The translations under genes and the position numbers were made by a program. The notes beneath the pieces were generated by a model. That model was not told the origin of the DNA, ran no database searches, and was given only the letters and a program-made list of their open reading frames with translations. 64,000 bases of DNA from sequence record MG655270.1; one strand, written 5' to 3'. This document shows positions 60,642-64,000 of the stretch, one piece after another. The stretch's first letter is position 1. Every line of letters starts with the position of its first letter.

Positions 60642-60783
60642 GAATCTATGTAATAGTATGTAAATTGCCATTTCGATGGCGGCGTACTGTTATGACCGTG
60701 TGTTAGCGCGACACAACCCCCTGTTTATGTACATAGACAGGTAATATCGAAAACTTATATAAGTTATTGAAGGAAACAACGAA

Positions 60784-63051
60784 ATGGCATTGAAACTTCT
60801 GCATGTAGCTAAAACCGCCGACATGCTGTCACGCATCCAATCTCAGATCAATGGCGGCCATGCATCAGGCGACGCTACCGCGGTTAAAAGCTACGGTATG
60901 GAGTCGCTTGACGGCAACACTCTGGGCGCGCAGGAAACCGCCATCAAAAATGGTATCTCTGTCATTACCGACGTGATCGCTCAGGGCACCGCATCTCAGG
61001 GCCAGAGCTACGCCGGTAACGGTCTGGAAGGTTTCTCTGATGCACAGATCCAAGCGGCATCAATCGCACTGACTATCGGTGGTGACTTCCAGGGTTACAT
61101 CGGTGCACTGAAAAACAACTCTAACCGTGCCATGTCTGCATCTGACCTGAGCCTGGTTTCCGGTAGCCGTTACGGCTCTGCTAACATGAAGCAGGGTTAC
61201 GGTACCGAAGCTTTCGAACAGGCGCAGAGCTTTGTTCCTCAGCAGAACGCAACGGTTGAATACAACCTGAAAGCGGCTAAGCAGGATGCCGTTGGTGAAG
61301 CCTTCTTCCCAACTACTACCCTGACGCCAAACGACATCGGCCTGAGCGTAACTGTGCCGGTTGACATCGTTGAACCTTTCATCAAGCACAAAGCAAATGG
61401 CGAAGTGACGGATTGGCAGCGTAAGAAGCTCATCAACGCAATGCGTGACCCGACCATTCTGCGTAACGACGCGATCAAGCTGATTCCTTATCGTCCACTG
61501 GACGGCAGCAACGACGCACAGTTCGCAGTAGGCGTGCCGAAGTTCAACGAAATTCAGGGCGGCGAAGAAGTACCAACTGGTGCACTGAAGCCTGGTACCA
61601 AAATCGGTTTCATGGGTCTGTGCTCTACTCCGTCTCTGGTTCAGGCCGGCGCGCTGGAAGCATCTGATCAGATCGACACCGGTGCTCGTCTGCAGTACAT
61701 CTGGATCGAAGTAGCTAACGCCTCTGGTACCAAAGAGCTGTTCAAGCTGCGTACTGATCACCTGGATCGTTCTACTTTCCAGAAATCTCAGGAAGGCGAT
61801 AAGTTCGAGACGTCTCTGGACTTCTCTAACATCACCATCGCGCTGAACGACCTGAACAAAACCACCGACAACACCGATTCAGCTCTGCTGGCTCCGTTGG
61901 TGACTTCTGGTCAGCAAGCGATCCTGGCGCTGGATATCAAAGGCACCATGAACCACGAGAAAGGCAGCCTGGTAGTTAACTCGCTGACTAACCCGTCTAT
62001 CATCCGTGTTTACGATACCGTGGCTAAAGAAGATGCGAACACCAAGTCTGGTGCTCTGCGTGACGCAATCGACGCTCTGACGATCACCTTCAAAGGTTAC
62101 TTCGTCCGCGCTAACCTGCGTAACAGCAACTTCCGTACCCGCGAGCAGCGTGTTGACCGCCAGACTTCCGTGTACAAGTACATGGTACAGCTGGGCGCAC
62201 CAATCACTGCTATCGCTCCAGTAACTGACGCATGGGGCCCGAAAGAGTCTATCGCAGTTGAAACCCTGAGCAACGCAACGTATGCACGTAACTCCGCAAT
62301 GGCTATCAGCCGTCTGCTGGACTACGTTGAAACCATCCGTGATGCTGGCGTGACCAACAACGGTCTGTGGCAGCGTTACGATGAGAACAGCATCGAAGGC
62401 GTTGGTAAAGCTGTAGTTGATCCATGGTACGGCGAAGGTAGCTTTGACATCTCTAAAGTTGTCAACGGTGTTAAATCTTCTCAGACCCGCGACGACGTTT
62501 CTGAAAAGATCCTGAACATCCTGCGTACCTACGCATACCGCATGAACGCCGAGTCTGGCTACAACGTTGCACTGCAGATGCTGTACAACGAAGTTCAGCC
62601 AACGCTGGTTATCGCAACCGACAACATCATCGCGCAGTACCTGATGGAAGTTGGTGACCTCCGCACAGCTGGTATCAGCTTCAAAGTGCACGTGGCCACC
62701 ACCAACAACATCGAGATGCGCGGCAAGATCATCATGACCCTGTCTCGTATGAAGTCAGGTGGTCTGGATCTGCTGACGTTCGGTATGCACCTGTGGGTAC
62801 CTGAGATCGTAGCAACTGTTAACGTAATGCGTAACGGTACCTACATCGAAGAAACCATGGTGCAGCCGCGTAACCTGCACGTAGTGGTTTGCCCAATCGT
62901 GGCGAACATCACCATCACCGGTCTGGAAGAAGCGTACACCGGCAAGATCACTGTCCCTGTTGACATCGTGAGCGAGCCTGAGTCTGCTGGTACCCAGGAC
63001 CTGGGTGGTCTGAACACTACTCCGGCAACTACTACCAACCCTGCTGCGTAA
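60784..63051 (+). CDS. Major capsid protein precursor (phiKZ gp120-like)
   Basis: 755 aa, strongest codon bias in the window; GME/GLE/GTE cleavage sites in the N-terminal ~145 aa; DAVGEAFFPTTTLTP; TMVQPRNLH; synteny. Confidence 0.9.
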   Translation: MALKLLHVAKTADMLSRIQSQINGGHASGDATAVKSYGMESLDGNTLGAQETAIKNGISVITDVIAQGTASQGQSYAGNGLEGFSDAQIQAASIALTIGGDFQGYIGALKNNSNRAMSASDLSLVSGSRYGSANMKQGYGTEAFEQAQSFVPQQNATVEYNLKAAKQDAVGEAFFPTTTLTPNDIGLSVTVPVDIVEPFIKHKANGEVTDWQRKKLINAMRDPTILRNDAIKLIPYRPLDGSNDAQFAVGVPKFNEIQGGEEVPTGALKPGTKIGFMGLCSTPSLVQAGALEASDQIDTGARLQYIWIEVANASGTKELFKLRTDHLDRSTFQKSQEGDKFETSLDFSNITIALNDLNKTTDNTDSALLAPLVTSGQQAILALDIKGTMNHEKGSLVVNSLTNPSIIRVYDTVAKEDANTKSGALRDAIDALTITFKGYFVRANLRNSNFRTREQRVDRQTSVYKYMVQLGAPITAIAPVTDAWGPKESIAVETLSNATYARNSAMAISRLLDYVETIRDAGVTNNGLWQRYDENSIEGVGKAVVDPWYGEGSFDISKVVNGVKSSQTRDDVSEKILNILRTYAYRMNAESGYNVALQMLYNEVQPTLVIATDNIIAQYLMEVGDLRTAGISFKVHVATTNNIEMRGKIIMTLSRMKSGGLDLLTFGMHLWVPEIVATVNVMRNGTYIEETMVQPRNLHVVVCPIVANITITGLEEAYTGKITVPVDIVSEPESAGTQDLGGLNTTPATTTNPAA

Positions 63052-63078
63052 GCACCAGGCGCGAGAGTAATCCGTAGC

Positions 63079-63118
63079 GCATAAACAGAGGAGGAGCAAT
63101 GCTCCTCCTCTTATGCCG
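63079..63118 (+). terminator. GCATAA-stem-loop-TTATGCCG after the capsid gene
   Basis: AGAGGAGGAGC-AAT-GCTCCTCCTCT-TATGCCG. Confidence 0.8.
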
Positions 63119-63156
63119 TGTGATTTTATAGAGGCACACACCAGGGGCGGATAGTA

Positions 63157-63870
63157 ATGCTTGAATTACTAATGATAGGAAGGAAGAAAGTAACAGGGAG
63201 TGGGATACCTGCAGATCTTGGACCAGGACCTGCCTCCATGCTTGGGTATTACGAACGACCGGATGGCGGTAACTCAGGGTACTTCGGTACCTTTACTAAT
63301 TTTGTTTCAACAGCTGGGTTATGTCAATCTATCGGGTTAACTGCAGGCTATCAACAAACTGAGAATGCCACTTGGCATAAGTTTCTGTTAGATGGTAAGA
63401 TCCTCTTTATACCAACCAACTATATAGTGCGTAACCTCCATTGGAACTACATTTATAATGCCGGGGCAGTATACGGAGATGACAGTTTTGGTCTTTATCA
63501 AAGCCCAACGCCAACAGCACAGAGTGCCATGCATGTGACGGTGGATGGTCGGGTTTATCGCGTGCGGTTAGTATCTATCTCAAATGGTGATCCGGCTCTG
63601 ACAGGCCAAATCGATAAAACCACCGAATGGGGTCGGTTGATGTATCCGATTGATCCAACGGTAGACGCTAGCAATACTGAGGCGGGTAAGAAATGGGGTA
63701 ACGTGGGACTGCTTTTGAGTTCAACGCAGATTCTGGCAAAGGAGACCTACGCCAGCACACCTGCTAGTAGCCTGGTTGTGGTTACGAATTCTACGACACG
63801 CTCCGCTCAATCTAAATCATCCGCACCCAGTAACTGCACCTGGCGTCCGATTCTTGAACTTGTGCAGTAA
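63157..63870 (+). CDS. Putative virion accessory protein, MLELLM family
   Basis: MLELLMIGRKK start; GYFG...GLTAG...WHKFLLDGKILFIP...WRPILELV pattern of expanded jumbo-phage virion paralogues. Confidence 0.65.
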   Translation: MLELLMIGRKKVTGSGIPADLGPGPASMLGYYERPDGGNSGYFGTFTNFVSTAGLCQSIGLTAGYQQTENATWHKFLLDGKILFIPTNYIVRNLHWNYIYNAGAVYGDDSFGLYQSPTPTAQSAMHVTVDGRVYRVRLVSISNGDPALTGQIDKTTEWGRLMYPIDPTVDASNTEAGKKWGNVGLLLSSTQILAKETYASTPASSLVVVTNSTTRSAQSKSSAPSNCTWRPILELVQ

Positions 63871-63875
63871 GCTCT

Positions 63876-63906
63876 AAGAGGAAGGCTCCGGCCTCCTCTT
63901 ATGCCG
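63876..63906 (+). terminator. Stem-loop plus TTATGCCG
   Basis: AAGAGGAAGGC-TCCG-GCCTCCTCTT-ATGCCG. Confidence 0.75.
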
Positions 63907-63923
63907 ATCTGAAAGAATTACAG

Positions 63924-63933
63924 ACCTACATTA
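63924..63933 (+). promoter_or_regulatory. Candidate phage promoter ACCTACATTA
   Basis: AGACCTACATTA, 12/12 identical to 54043-54054, just after a terminator. Confidence 0.5.
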
Positions 63934-64000
63934 CTAACTAGATGTAACAGCGACGCTAGTGTTTAGTTGAAGCCTTACATCTATGTGGAGTTAGGCGCGT

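Noticed and set aside
61060-63141. Antisense ORFs (233, 270 and 128 aa) opposite the capsid gene
   Set aside because: Codon-bias shadows; no RBS or motifs

Overview
64-kb segment of a nucleus-forming phiKZ/SPN3US-like jumbo myophage (Chimalliviridae-type). The assignment rests on recognisable proteins in the phiKZ-like order: SF2 helicase (partial), a split RNA polymerase beta-prime fragment, a split B-family DNA polymerase (exonuclease half), a head/ejection-protein block with many [S/A/G]-x-E prohead-protease sites, baseplate-like genes, a collagen-like fibre, thymidylate kinase, DnaB-like helicase and major capsid protein. Accessory islands lie at about 0.8-8.5 kb, 13.9-22.8 kb and 54-58 kb. 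Best leads: (1) a probable -1 frameshift at a T TTT TTT site (9457-9451, minus strand) joining a 539-aa chaperone-like ORF to a frame with no start codon for its first 84 codons; (2) a Tad2/DUF2829 immune-signal sponge homologue; (3) a family of stem-loops followed by TTATGCC(G), often mirrored as (CG)GCATAA on the other side; (4) several unannotated paralogue families; (5) a HExxH metalloprotease-like head protein. I saw no tRNA, rRNA, CRISPR array, integrase or intron/intein. All product calls come from motifs and synteny read by eye; no database searches were run.
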